A stretch of DNA of 63,865 nt, the filler included, from Licmophora abbreviata (Eukaryota), in NCBI GenBank assembly GCA_900291995.1. It is 22 parts of 22 records of this genome, joined end to end, with 100 filler letters (N's around TTAATTAATTAA, not from the genome) between each part and the next. Parts side by side here need not be neighbours in the genome. Positions count along the whole stretch, not along the records: positions 8,615 to 21,811 come from OLMU01006162.1; positions 21,912 to 24,339 come from OLMU01006167.1; 20 more parts are not named here. One strand, written 5' to 3'. Every line of letters begins with the position of its first letter. The first letter of the stretch is position 1. The notes beneath the pieces were generated by a model. It made no database searches. It had not been told where the DNA came from and worked only from the letters and a program-made list of their open reading frames with translations. The position numbers and the translations under genes are program-made. Positions 11,674 through 24,299 of the stretch are shown in pieces.

Positions 11674-13074
11674 ATGCAGCGATCACTGGCCGTTCTCCTA
11701 CTGCTCCTGTCATCTCTCCATCTCGCTATTGCTCTGGGCTTGGAGGAGTTGCTCGAAAACAACCCAGATCGGTTCGACAAAACAGGTGACCGCGGTGGTG
11801 GTCCAGGACGAAGGCCACGGCCTAGCCGAGTCGATGACGAGAAACCTTCAAAAGCAGCAATTCAGCAACAGATTGACAGAGCCAAGAGAGATATTCAGCT
11901 ACTCATAGCCAGCGATCCGAAAATGGCCCCGAAATTCATTCGACTCGGCTTTCACGATTGCGTTGGCGGGTGCGATGGATGTGTCGATCTCGACGAGGCC
12001 GACAACAACGGACTTGACATTCCCATCGATGCACTACATGCGATAGTGGAAACGCACGTCAACACGACTTTGGAAATCTCCCGGGCCGATATTTGGGTGC
12101 TAGCCGCGCTCACAGCGGCCGAAATGACGCAGCGACTCGTTCAGTTTCCCATGACGCAACACGGCCGCGTCGATTGCGAAGATACCTTCCAGGCAGAGCG
12201 GCAGCGATGCAGAAACAAACATGGTGAAATGGTTGCATGCGACGCCAAACATGGTCCACATCGTCAGTTGCCCATGTCGGATATTACGACGCACGGCATT
12301 CTCAAGTTCTTTCGTGTCGAGTTTGGGTTTCTTCCGGATGAAGTGGTAGCATTGATGGGAGCACATAGCATAGGTTTTGCGAAGCGTCAGCATTCGGGTT
12401 TTGAGGGACAGGATGGCTGGACACCGCAAAATCTGGCTCTGAACAATCATTTCTATATCAGTTTGAGTATGTACCACGGTGTGTCGTTTTTGTGGCTTAT
12501 CGTGTTCCTGCTATGTCTATCGCAAAGCTCACGTTTGAATGCGTTGTCTCATTGAACGCTCAGCCCAGGCGCCTTGGAAGCAAATTAAGATTGACAACTC
12601 GGACATTGACGGGATTCCTGATCGGTTCCAGTGGGTAAAAGACGATGATAGAAGACATATGGGAGCAAACGAGGGCGACGACACGACATCTCAACAGATT
12701 CATTCCAACTTACGTGGACTTCAATCCCCGCCTTCTACAAATACAACTGCGAGCTCATTGCAGGTACCCCGCTCCGTTGATGGGCGCGGAGATGATATTT
12801 TCATGCTGAATGCGGACATTGCGCTTGCATGGGACTTCAGAAACGATTTCGACGAGCGTTCGGGGAAAGTGACATGCAAGCTGCAGCCGATGCCAAGAAG
12901 ACTTGTCCGTTTGCCTCTACATTCCACGTCGCGAACTTGTACATGCAAAATGAAGAAAAGTGGATGCAAGACTTCTTTCGTGTATATAACAAGATGCTTA
13001 ATCATGGGTATGCCAGAGAAGAGTGCCTGTCACCGCCTTGCAAACTAAAGCCAGCGCAGTTGCAAATGGAATGA
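11674..13074 (+). CDS. Heme peroxidase (peroxidase-catalase superfamily, APX/CcP-like) with signal peptide; intron 12467-12563; apparent frameshift near 12875-12890
   Basis: Distal motif PKFIRLGFHDCVGGCDG, SRADIW, proximal motif ALMGAHSIG and MLNADIAL. The C-terminal helix YMQNEEKWMQDFFRVYNKM is in a shifted frame. Confidence 0.85.
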
Positions 13075-13122
13075 TCGAGAGTCACAGCGATTTGGAAGCA
13101 GTACATCAGGAAGCTGTTTTCA

Positions 13123-14460
13123 TTACGACCAGTATTGCAGGTCTTGGTCTTTTGAAACACGCGTTTCCTGTGAATAGTAGACTCGATCCATAATGGATGC
13201 CAGATCGGCGTGATCGCCACCCTTGATTTCCAGCATCTGCGACAGTTCCGTGACAAATCGTGATCCAGGACTTGCCCTCCAATAGTGAGACTTCGTGTCG
13301 CGATAACAATGCGAAGAGTCATGACTCGATTGTCTTGGAGTAGGACGATTGTCGGGATAATCATAACTATTTTCGCGGCGGCCTATTTCCTTCTTCGGCA
13401 TGTCGTAGTCCGTCACTCTGCCGTCAAGTTCTCGATTGTGTTGTCGTTGTCTCTCCCTCTCTTCATACAGTCGCAGCTGTGGACGCAGTGCCGCATTTTC
13501 CGCTTCCAGTCGGCGCATCCTCCTCTCTTGAAGCTGCATGGCTCGGTACAGAATCTCATATTCGCGTTTCCAATGCAATTCTGTCACTGCTGTTGTTGAA
13601 TCAGTTGACATGGCAGGTCGAGTACGTGTAGACGGTAACGGAGCTGAAGATGATGGCTTCAATGGAGGGGTAGGAGAAAATAGAGAAAATGGAGGCGATT
13701 GAATGGGACATGGCGTCCGGGCAGTAGAGTGTATGTCGCCAGTGCTCATGACTGCGCTGTCTGGGGGGTGCTGTGGAGGAAGGTGCGGTGGAGAGTCGTC
13801 GTCTTCGTTTTCGAGTGTCACGACGCGATGCCGAGTCTTGGTGAAGTGTTTTGTAGAAGGAGAAGTGTCAGTCCGCAAACGTAGAGTCTTCTTCTGTCTT
13901 GATTCTTCTGGTGCCGAGCCGTTCAGTTCACGTGGAACACTGCTTTTGGATGATGTCGAAGCCCAGGTAGTATGAATTGGAGACTGTGGCGTGGACCCTC
14001 GACGTGGCGGCTCCGTCCTGTCGACCTCACGAGCAACAACAAAGGGAGCAGTAGACTTTGAGATCGTTGACAAATGCTTCTCTGACGTCGACAGGAGTGA
14101 TATTGCTGGGACTGATGTGCTATCGTTTCGTGTGTCGCTTCTGGGCAGAGGAGCGTTGCGAGTGGGAGGCGTACGCAACAGCATTGAGCTGTCGACGTGA
14201 GCGTCTTTCTGTCGTCGACTCGTAAGCTTCGCAGTGGCATCTGAATACGCCGCAGGAGACACATTCCGGTCTAGGTTTGGCATTGCGGGCACCATGGGCT
14301 TTGTGGGCCGTCGTGATGGACTCTGTGGACGGCAATCTACCCAGGCTTCGACCTTCCGGCTTCGCGCCGCCGCATTCGCTACAGGACTGTGCTCCTCTTC
14401 TGAGGCATACCTCATCGCCTCCAGGAAGTCTTTTTCTGCTTCAAACGTCCCAGCTCGCAT
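13123..14460 (-). CDS. Hypothetical low-complexity S/P/T-rich protein with a coiled coil and a short C-terminal conserved-looking block
   Basis: Long ORF with coiled coil LQERRMRRLEAENAALR and C-terminal SPGSRFVTELSQMLEIKGGDHADLASIMDR. The 5' end is uncertain. Confidence 0.55.
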   Translation of the reverse strand: MRAGTFEAEKDFLEAMRYASEEEHSPVANAAARSRKVEAWVDCRPQSPSRRPTKPMVPAMPNLDRNVSPAAYSDATAKLTSRRQKDAHVDSSMLLRTPPTRNAPLPRSDTRNDSTSVPAISLLSTSEKHLSTISKSTAPFVVAREVDRTEPPRRGSTPQSPIHTTWASTSSKSSVPRELNGSAPEESRQKKTLRLRTDTSPSTKHFTKTRHRVVTLENEDDDSPPHLPPQHPPDSAVMSTGDIHSTARTPCPIQSPPFSLFSPTPPLKPSSSAPLPSTRTRPAMSTDSTTAVTELHWKREYEILYRAMQLQERRMRRLEAENAALRPQLRLYEERERQRQHNRELDGRVTDYDMPKKEIGRRENSYDYPDNRPTPRQSSHDSSHCYRDTKSHYWRASPGSRFVTELSQMLEIKGGDHADLASIMDRVYYSQETRVSKDQDLQYWS

Positions 14461-15155
14461 CTTCAATAAATCAATCGGTGGAGAAGCACGCTCCTAGCAG
14501 TGTGCCTGCGTCGCTGCGAGAGTCAGTCTTCTTCTGATCCATCGTCATGAAGCATCAGACCATCAGTCAGTCTATGTCTGAGCTTCTGACTCCTCAAGAA
14601 ACCGGAAACCAGGGACAAAAAATTTAAAAATTGAGAAAAAATCGAAAGACAAGTTCAAAAGTGCGAGCTCCAAGCAGGAGGAAGCGAAAGTTCGGTATTC
14701 GACTCGTTCGACTACCCTAGCTTTGTTCCCCACAGCACGAAGCCGTTCGTGAAGCCACGTTGTGGCCCACCGGACCAGTAGACTACCTGGGCCGAGAGAG
14801 GGTTAAAGACTGATTGATAAGTCACGGGCTCAACGGTGCGGTACTAGGTAAACTGGTGGGACCAGCTGGGCAAATTCTACAAGTATGAATGTAAAACAGA
14901 GAGTTGGGTAGAGGTAAAAATAGTTCTGAAAGAGCTGTGTTCATCGTTTGTACAGGCTCTCAAACTCAGAGCGTTTTTGCTCTTTCCCAGTCAACCGATT
15001 CAAAGTGAAAAGCAATCTTTCAGTTAGATAGCTTCTCCTGTTGTTGACTCCGTGCTCGTGGTAGTGGCTTTGCAGTGTGCCCAAAGCTGACCGTGGCTGT
15101 CACCTCATCTTCTTGAGACGTCAAGACTCGATAATGTCGGCTCACTTTTGTAGGT

Positions 15156-16129
15156 CTACCGGTGGGGTGACGAAGAAATGAAGTCAGCGAGCGCTTGCCG
15201 TGTCCAGTTCTCACTATTCTGGGTGACCTGATCAAACGAATAATCCCTCCAACGGAAACCGTCGTTGGTGCTGAGGAAGCTTCGCACGTAGGAATACCAA
15301 TCCACGTGCTCCTTTCGAAATTTAAGATTGATTTCTGGAACTTTCGCGGTGGCCACTCGCTTCTTGTGCTCTGGGTCGCCCATGACCTCCCAGTCACCTG
15401 TATTTTTCGCATACCAGCTGGAGCGCCAACGTTCTTGAACAGAGCGTTCCAGATTACCAAGCTCAGGTCATACGGCTTAAGTATTTTCCAAATTTGTCCA
15501 TGAACGTCTCTGATTCTCCTATCGGTCCTGTTCATCAGATGGCCATGGAATTGTTTCCAGTTCACCCAGCAGTGATTGGAACACACGCGTTGCATGCGTG
15601 GACGCTCTTGAAGAAATTCTCGACACCTTCGTCTGGCAGATCGAAGGATCAATTGTGCCAGTTGTTCTGGGGAGTTTTGCCAAGGTTCAGGTTTAAGTCG
15701 CAAGAAGTCTCTCTCTAGACGCCAGGCTGCTTGAGACTGCGCGGAATAGTTGAACAAAATTTCACCCAGAGAGACGTGACAGTCCATGCCATTGAGAACG
15801 TTGTGCGCGATAAAAGTGGATGATGATCGCTTCATGGTGACGACAGCGATTAGCGAAACTGGTACATCTTCTAGTTCAATCAGGCTCGCGTTTCTCGTGG
15901 AGAGGGTCGATACCGGTACCTGTAGAGCGCTGATCCACGGTAGCGACGTATCCAATTCAGCCGAGTCGCGCAAGACCTTCTGGGAGCTACTGCCGTTCTT
16001 GAATGCGGCGAGGCCTGCCAAAGTAGCAGTTGTATCACTGGGCTTTTCGATCCGAGCTGCGTACCGGTAATTCAATACTACTAGTGCTACAACGGTGACA
16101 AGGAAGAAAGCACGACACGCTCTCAGCAT
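15156..16129 (-). CDS. Type II membrane sulfotransferase-like protein (Stf0-like), apparent 1-nt frameshift near 15450
   Basis: N-terminal TM anchor and a PAPS-loop-like VVTMKRSSSTF. Restoring the frame gives LVI(L)ERSVQERWRSSWYAKNTGDW (3'-PB-like), ending at stop 15156. Confidence 0.6.
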
Positions 16130-16593
16130 TTCAAGTACCAGTACCGCGATGCATTCGACGCGACGATGATGAATGAGCGGGAGGAGGGAGGGAGTTCAGA
16201 GTGTTCCGGTTCCTTGTGTTCAATGTGTGTGGCCAAAAAATCTTGCAAGAAGTTTGTGTTTCAAACTATTTCTCACTCGTGACTCGACTCACTCACTCTC
16301 CGGACTGAAACAATCAATCAATCAAATTTCAAATTGAAATTAGCGCTCAGTCTGACCCAACACGTGGAGGCTGGCCGTTGCGCCAAAACGAAATCGAAAA
16401 TGAAATCTTTCAGTTTGGGGTCGAACAATTGAATGTGACAATGAGCCGCAGCCGAGGGTAGCGCTTTGTTTACTGTTGCGACTGAGTTGATCGACTCGTT
16501 TTCTCAATTGGAACCCACTCCCAGTAAAGTTGCTGCAGAATGAGCTCTTCGATCTCTCAAAGACCTGACAGGATACCGGTACTCCTACGAGTG

Positions 16594-18719
16594 ATGGATT
16601 TCCTCGTTGTCTCACTGCTGATCGGAGCGTCGCAGCTCGCTTCCGGATTTACCTCCACGTCGGAAAGAGTTTCCGTGTGTAATAGTAGAGGGATCACTGC
16701 ACCATCACGAATCTTATCCTTTTCATCAGGGACTCCTCATCCTGCGTTTCTAGCAGTGCAGAACACTCAAAGCGGACAAGCCTTGTTGTCCTCATCACAG
16801 AAGCTCAGGCTCCATCTATCCGCAGCCTCTTCTCCCAACGACGATGACGACCTTGAGGCCGTTCAATCGCTCTTTTCGAAGTACTGCGATACTGACGGAC
16901 TCATGACAAAAAAGACCTTGATGAAGATTGATACCATTGCAGACATGTTGGTAAGAATTCTTCTATTTCCTTCTGTTCCTTAATGTTTCATGACGACGAC
17001 CCAGGATGATCATACTGCTCTAGAATTACTCCGCAAAACACAGTGCAGGAAAACAATTGGTTTACTTTTGCAACATGAGGTCGTTCTTCATGCTTCACCC
17101 GAGAGGAAGGAAGGAAACTTTGAGATACTGGTGTTGTTTCTTTGACTTTTGTCTGCTCACAAACGCATCGCTCTTGTACTCTACTACTTTCAATTGCTCA
17201 CACATGCCGGTGATGACTCCAGGCCACGGAGGATTTGCTCTACGACGAATTGACCGATATTTGGAATGCAGCGCCCAAATTCCCTTCGGACAACAATCGG
17301 ATGGACGTCGATTCGTTCATTCAAGTCTTTAGAGATATCGATGACTTGTTTGAAGATGACGATGAGGGTGTAGATGATTCTACTCCTACTGTTGCTTCTG
17401 GTGATAGCAGCGAGCTAGATGATGGTTTCCGTACGCTTCCTGATGATAGAGAAGAAGAGGAACTGAAGAGCGCCTTTGCGACCTTGTGCAACAAGGATGA
17501 GCTTCTGGATAAGCAAACCTTTCGCGCGTGGACTGAAATTGGAAAACTATTAGAGGAGGGTCTCTTGGGACAAGACGAATTTGAGGAATTGTGGAGCGAT
17601 GCAACCAAGGTGGTATTGGGTGGCAGCGATGAACTTGGACTGGATCTAAAAGGGTTTCTGAGTATCAATGCGGCTTTGGACGACTTGTTCGTCTTTGACG
17701 ACGACGAAGGTGAAGACGACAGTGGGGGTGAGGGCGAAGGCGAGGGAGAGGTTGCTTATGACTCGACTCTCACTGACATGGTCGTTGTTGGTGAAGATCT
17801 GTCGCCGGTTGCATTGTTTGCTGATTTGGCCAATGAGGATAACCTCGTTGGCCGAAAAGAGCTGAACCGATGGTCCGAGCTCCAACAGATGCTGTCAGAT
17901 GAATCCCTGCTGCCACTGGAACTTCAAAATATCTTTGACGATGTAACGAAAGCGGATGGGACCGACAATATGCTAGACCAAGCTGGATTCATCGCTTTGT
18001 GGGAAGCGATCGATGCTTTGTTTGAAGACGTCGACGGCGATGACGACGAAGAAGTGCCAGGCCCGCCTCCTCAATCCAAGAACACGCAAGAGAATGAAGC
18101 CAAGAGTATCCTGCTATCGCTGCTTGACGAACTTAACAGTGATGAGGAGCGGCTACCATGCGGGTTGGAGTCAACAGAGCGCGAGGAATTGCAAGTACAA
18201 CGAATCGTATCGGCGTTGGAAGAGTCTCCGTCGAACGTTATTCAACAAACGCAGGGCAACGTGGGCTTGTCGGATCTAGAGGGAGACTGGGATCTGCTCT
18301 ACTCGAGCTCCTCGGCGATGAGGTTCAACAAGGGTTTGAGTGGGCTCGGGGGCAGCGTTCCAAACGGGAAGTTTGGTGGCCTTGTGCAGAAACTGCAGGC
18401 ATCAAAATACTTGACAGATGTTGAGTATATTGAGCGAATCGATGTGAACCCATCTTCAGGGTCGTTCGATGTTCGAGTCTCAGGTGTTTGGGATCTACGA
18501 ACAAGCGTATCCTTATTCACAGGGGCGCCTTCAACCGTTCTTACTGTGGAACCAGACCAAGTCAGGTACGGACCGACTTCGACTAAAGCGGATCATTGGA
18601 AGAGCCTTGGGCCTCTCAATATGCTGGATGTCACATACCTTGACAATGACTTGCGCGTAATGAGAGGGAACACTGCAACTGATGCTATCTTTGTCTTTCG
18701 AAGGTCGTCTTCCTCATGA
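16594..18719 (+). CDS. Plastid protein with about four acidic EF-hand-like repeats and a C-terminal PAP/fibrillin domain; intron 16951-17222
   Basis: Signal peptide with ASGF. Repeats end in IDDLFEDDD, LDDLFVFDDD and IDALFEDVD. Fibrillin motifs LEGDWDLLYSS and LDVTYLDNDLRVMRG..IFVFRR. Confidence 0.8.
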
Positions 18720-18776
18720 CGCCAGCACATCTCGTGATGAAGTAGATTGTTATGAATGCTTACAATAGCTACAGAG

Positions 18777-21700
18777 TTATCGCCAGCGCTTCTTCTCTCT
18801 GAATTCTTGTAGTGTTTCCGATGCGACAATGAGCCGACCCGCGTTCAACGGATCTTGATGTCCCTTAATGTCGTACTCTTCCTGCAAGACTCTTTGAACA
18901 GTGGGCAGGAGAATGGGCTTGTGTTCACTCCCCTTGCCTTTGCCGACGATGATGATAAGATCTGTGGTAGCATCGTGCTCAGGATTGCGGTCTTCCAGAA
19001 GCGACTCGATGACACTTCGAATGGCGGCGCTCGTCATGGCGGCGGAGAATCGGTGAAGATCCTATATTTGGACGCAATGAGTTGAAATTTCGGTGAGAGC
19101 ATAGTTCAAAAGAAACGATGACAGGCGCAACAACACAGGTCGTGCCATACCAGGGCTCGCAAGGGACTCTTGCCAGGGCCTCTCGTTATCTTCCACGGTG
19201 ACACTATGCGATTGCGGACGCCGTCTTCGTACGTGCTCTGTGAAAGCTCCTTCTGTCCTGCCTTATCTAAGGCCACCAGAAGACTATTAAGAGTGACAAA
19301 GTTAGGCATGACGACGCCACCTGCATCCAGCATGCGATAGTACAGTTCCGTCGCTTCTACCCAAGCACCTCCCTTTTCACAAGCGCTGATTGCTGCATTG
19401 AAACAGTAAAGATTCAGTAGCTCGTTCTTCTTTGCTTCTTGTCCTTTCTCGTTCATCATCGACTGAAGAACTCCGAGAGCGCGCTGCCACTGACCTGCAG
19501 CTTCACAGGCGCTAATAACAGATGAGTAGGTCTGTGGATCTGGCTGCAAACCTTCTTCCTTCATTCGTCTGAGCAAGGATAGAGCACACTCCCACCACTC
19601 AAAGCCGTTCGGGTCCTCGTCCTCGTCTGGATACCAGTCATCTCGCAGCAGGCGTCGTCGCTTGTCATGCTCCGCTTGATTGCATGCAATGACAGCTTTT
19701 CGGTATGTCCGTTCGTCGGGAGATATGCCGAAGAGTTGGTTCATGTCACTGAGTAGTCGAAGCGCTACGCTCGGCTGACCTGCTCGTCCGCATGCTGCGA
19801 TTAGAGCGTTGAAGGCCGCCATGGACACCAGGGCCCCCTCGCTGCCAAACTTGCTCGGTCGTGCGTACAGCTCCGCTAGATTAAGAGCTTCTTCCCACTG
19901 GTCCGCCTTACAGCATGCCAGAATAGCGTAGCTGAGGGACTTGGGGTCCACTCGAGCTGGTCCTTTGCATCCTTCCACGATATCGCTCGTGTGAAGGATG
20001 GACAGAGCCTCTTCCCATCGCGGGGGCGTCGCCTGGCCGCAAGCATACAACACAGCACGCAGGCAATACGAGTCGGCAGGACCTTCGATCATGTAAAAGA
20101 CACGCATTGCATCATCAAAACATGACTGAGATCCATACAATCGAATAGCTGTCTCTATAATTGCCCCACCAAGTTTTGTTTGCAGTTCAACGGGATGCAT
20201 CTTGTCGAGCACCTGTTCGAGCATATTAACTTTGGCGACACGGGTCTCGTTGGAGTGACGAATCGCAGATGCAAGCCTTTGAAATGTAACTTTGTTGTGG
20301 TGTAAACCAAGTTCCTTCATTTCTTCCCACAATTGGGTGGCCTCTTTTCCACGACCACACACTGCCAAGGCCGAAATGGCCCCGTTGTAAGAAACGACGT
20401 TCGGTTGGCAGCCAGCGGACCTCATTTCCTCCAGTAAAGACAAAGCTGTCTCATGGCCACCCTTAGCACGCTCTGCCGTCCAAATAGCGGCTGAGTACAT
20501 GAACACGTTCGACTCTATTCCATCGTGCCGTGCCATGTCAAGAAATGCAAGAGCCGTTTTGACATCCGGTGGGTCGGCTTTCCGACACGCTGTAATGGCA
20601 TGCGTGTACGAAATGCTTGTGGGAGGTACGACACCTCGTCGGTGTCGTCGCGAGTCTCTCATCTGAACCAATGAAAACAAACGGCGGTCGCGAGTCAACA
20701 AGCGGACAAAATAGCTTGCCTGACAAACACACATACCGGTACGCACCTCCTTGACGATCGCACGCGCCTCGGCTGGGTCGGCGCACGCGGCAAGGACCGC
20801 ATTGTAGCTAATAACGTCTGGCGCCAACGGTTCTTTCGTAGATGCATCCAGAATATCGCCTGACTTGAGTCGTTCCAGAAGCATTCTCGCAGAGTGGTAG
20901 TTTCTCGACTTGGCACATGCATCCAACACAATATTGATAGCGACAAGATCAGGTGCGACAGGTTGTAATATTACAGACAAGTTGTTCCCATGCTCCAACT
21001 CAATCTCTTGGCCAGCAAGCATACCGTCGAACAAAATACGAATTGCTTCTTCCTCTTTGCCCTGTTTGGCCAAGCAAGTTAGCAGTGAGCTGACATGATA
21101 TGTGTTCACGGTCTGGTTGTGCCGGTGCATGCCTTGCAGGATGCTGAGGGATTCGCGGTAATCTCCAGATAGAGAACACGCATACAAAGCGGCCGAAAAG
21201 ACTCGCCCAAGGTCAGTATTCTGATTGATGAAACTTGCATTTTGAAGAGCTTCCTCAAGCAACGACAGTGCTATTCGCACTTGACCTGCCTTGGCGCATA
21301 CTCGTAGCAAGTGAGCAAAGGTTTCGCTGTTTGGGGTGGTCCGTTGCCGTTTCATATCCAAATGCAGCTGAAGAGCGGTCTGCCAGGATAACGACGCGTC
21401 GTCGTTTTTCCTCACATCATCATCCCTGTTGCTCATACATGCCCCAATCGCAGCATTGTATACCTCTACCGTCCACAGTGCCGAAGGATATGTTGTCCCG
21501 AGTCGCTGCCTCCATCGTTGTACCTCTGCGGCCCCGCCGTCGACGGACCGAAAGAGTGCCGCAAAAGTATACGACGTGGGTGTAATGACGTCGTTTTTCA
21601 ACAGAATTTCTTCTTCAAACAATCGAATCGCTTCTCGCTTCCATTTCTTCGTCGTAGAAGACCCTAGGATCGACATGGCTGCGGTGTAGATGTAACTTGT

Positions 21701-21811
21701 CGGCCGCGCCACCTTTCGAACAAACAGAAGGATTGTTTTGTATGCACGTCGTTTTCCTAGCGCTCGAACAAAGTCTGTTTCTTCTCGTGGTGAAAGGTTC
21801 CAGTGCACACT
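18777..21811 (-). CDS. PPR-Smr protein, 5' end lost in the gap; introns 20746-20663 and 19150-19062
   Basis: Many PPR repeats (PNVVSYNGAISALA, PDPQTYSSVISACEAAGQWQRAL). The last exon encodes an Smr domain: DLHRFSAAM..LIIIVGKGKGS..NAGRLIV. Confidence 0.9.
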
Positions 21812-21911
21812 NNNNNNNNNNNNNNNNNNNNNNNNNNNNNNNNNNNNNNNNNNNNTTAATTAATTAANNNNNNNNNNNNNNNNNNNNNNNNNNNNNNNNN
21901 NNNNNNNNNNN

Positions 21912-24299
21912 CATACCTATGCCCACCACTTGAACAGGATCGCCGTTGCCATCGCTACCGCCCTGGGGGGAAACTCTCCGTAGAATGACGTCGTCAGGCC
22001 ATGCCAATGCTGCGGGTGCTCCATTCTCCACGTCGTTCTGAACTCGTCCCTCGCCACTTCTGCCACTTGTTCCGTTAGACACTCTTGTCCTTTCGTCTCG
22101 ATTCCTTCCAACGACGATTCCAGATTGTTGGGCGGCATTGATGATATGGATAATATTTCCTAGTTGAGTCGCTGGATCCATCAAATCTCCGAGCTGCAAA
22201 CGTGACGCCAGTCCTTCAAGCATGTCGCTTACCCGCCCAAGGTCCCCAATTGATGGTTCCGTAGAGCCACCTTCGGGTGGCATCAGCTTCCTTGACAAGC
22301 TGTCGAGTCGATCAACTTCTCTCCATTCTGAAATTTCGTTGAGTCCAACCCTTGTCAGTGTGTCGGCTACGAACGGGTAATGTGCAATGAGTTTGTACGC
22401 AGTACTCCTCTGCAGACTTGGAGCGTAGTTCATAACACGTAGAAGCTGGAGAAGCTTTCTCATGATGGAATGATCACCGACTAGGATAGCTTGGTTCATG
22501 TTCACGGTTGCATCGCGTCCATCTCGTGCTCCACGGTCTCGTCGAAGCTGAAGAAGATCCATCGACTTCAGAACTCCGGGATTGTCGTAGATCTGACGAT
22601 CCTCTGGTTCAAACACAAGAAGAGCCAGTATGCGACAGAAGTGTGCTAGCTGGCGACAACTAAAATTCCCCCAAAGCTGATACAAATCTGGTATATTACC
22701 AAGGAAGAAAGTAGGCGGAACTGGTGGACACCCAGATGACCCAGGCGCAGCATGCGAGTCAGCTTGATCGTCTTCACCTCCTCGTCCTGGCATTTGCAAG
22801 ACGGACTGAATACTCAGTATCTCTTCGATAAGCATCGCAGCTGCATCAAACATTGAATCGTGTGTCAGCAGTGTAAATAGAAATGGGGTGAAATCGCCGT
22901 CGTCCAGGATGAGTCCATCCTCCACCACGCTTGGCAGTACAAATATCAGTTCTCGGAGTGTTGTCAAGACTTCGTTCCAGCACCTAGACAATTTGATATT
23001 CGCCATTTCTTGGCTCACATCGCGTGCGTCATTAGTCTCTCCGACTTTCTCGCCCACAAACGCAGGCTCGCGAAACAAACGAAGCAACAACTCGACTCCT
23101 CCCGCCAGAACGAAGGAGTCGCGCTCGAGGCCAAGCCTACCTCCTCCAGCGTGAAACTGAGACGCTGAGGGCGGAAGTGATGGGTCTTCTATAGAGCGAA
23201 CTCGATTTCCTTCGGAGCTGTCTCTCGCTGAATCGCCAATGAGACGTGAGGCTAGTCCCGAGACAACAGATTGCGTTTCCGTCCAGTCGCCTCGGTAAAG
23301 GGCATCCTCAAGCAAGCCCATTTCGGACAAAATACCCCCAGAAGATTGTTCGAAAGCCCCCAGCAGGGTTTCACCTCCGAGCAAGCGCAGCCGATTAGGC
23401 CGCGTGAGTGACCGCGTCAACCCAGGCCTCCCCGTCATCTGCAAATTGAAACAAGGTATCGAAACGGTGAGGAAAACAGACAAAAGCATTGACAAGAACG
23501 GGAGAGTGCGTGGACACACCTCGCGCGCCATGAGTGAAAGCGCAACGTTAGGACCAGCTTTTCCAGTGTTCTGCATGTGACTTTGCGTCTGAAGATGAGC
23601 ATCCACAGTCGGCGTGTCGGTAGCTGGTGTTTGTTTACCTTGCGCCGCATTGAGAATACGTGCCAAGGTTCCGCCATGCGCGGTAGCGCGACTGCTAAAT
23701 GTGCCTGTCAAGCTGACACTTATGTGTAGGTCTGGAAACTCTGGCGCAGTCAGCACGGGGACAGCCGATGTGTGTCCTGCAAGCAACGTTTCCACACTGC
23801 GCCCCATCCATTCGAATTTCTCGGTGCCGATTGGTGGTACAAAGTCGTCCAAAAGTGCAGATCCTGGTATGCCGGGATCCAGCTCAGAAGTTCTGTTCTC
23901 AGCTGGACCTGTCTCCGTGGCACTGGCATTATTGTTTGCTGACAAGAAAATGCTGGGAAGCCAGGAATCGCTTCTCGTAATATCCACTCGCGTTCTTTGC
24001 ATTGTGGCAGCGCCCGGCAGATCATCCGTGCCCAGAACGGCTTCCGACACATCGGACGGACAAATGATATCGCCAATATCGGCTGGACAAACCACTCGAG
24101 TCGCCATCGCCGCTATATCCATGAAGGAGCTCGAGGATGTCACACCGCCACTCGTTTCGCCCTGGAGCCGCAGTGACGTCTCATCTACACGGCCCGAGCC
24201 GAGGTGTCCTGTAGCCGCCCCTACCATGGCACCTACTTCTGCGTGCGACAGCAACGATGGATCTTGGTCATTCCAATGATCTTCCGACCTCTGTGCCAT
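21912..24299 (-). CDS. TRPC4AP: TRPC4-associated protein (TRUSS)-like, 3'-truncated by the gap; probable intron 23519-23439
   Basis: FLFTLLT...FDAAAMLIEEIL..IPDLYQLWGNFSCRQLAHFCRILALLVFE..NQAIL parallels the TRPC4AP core as recalled. Confidence 0.7.
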
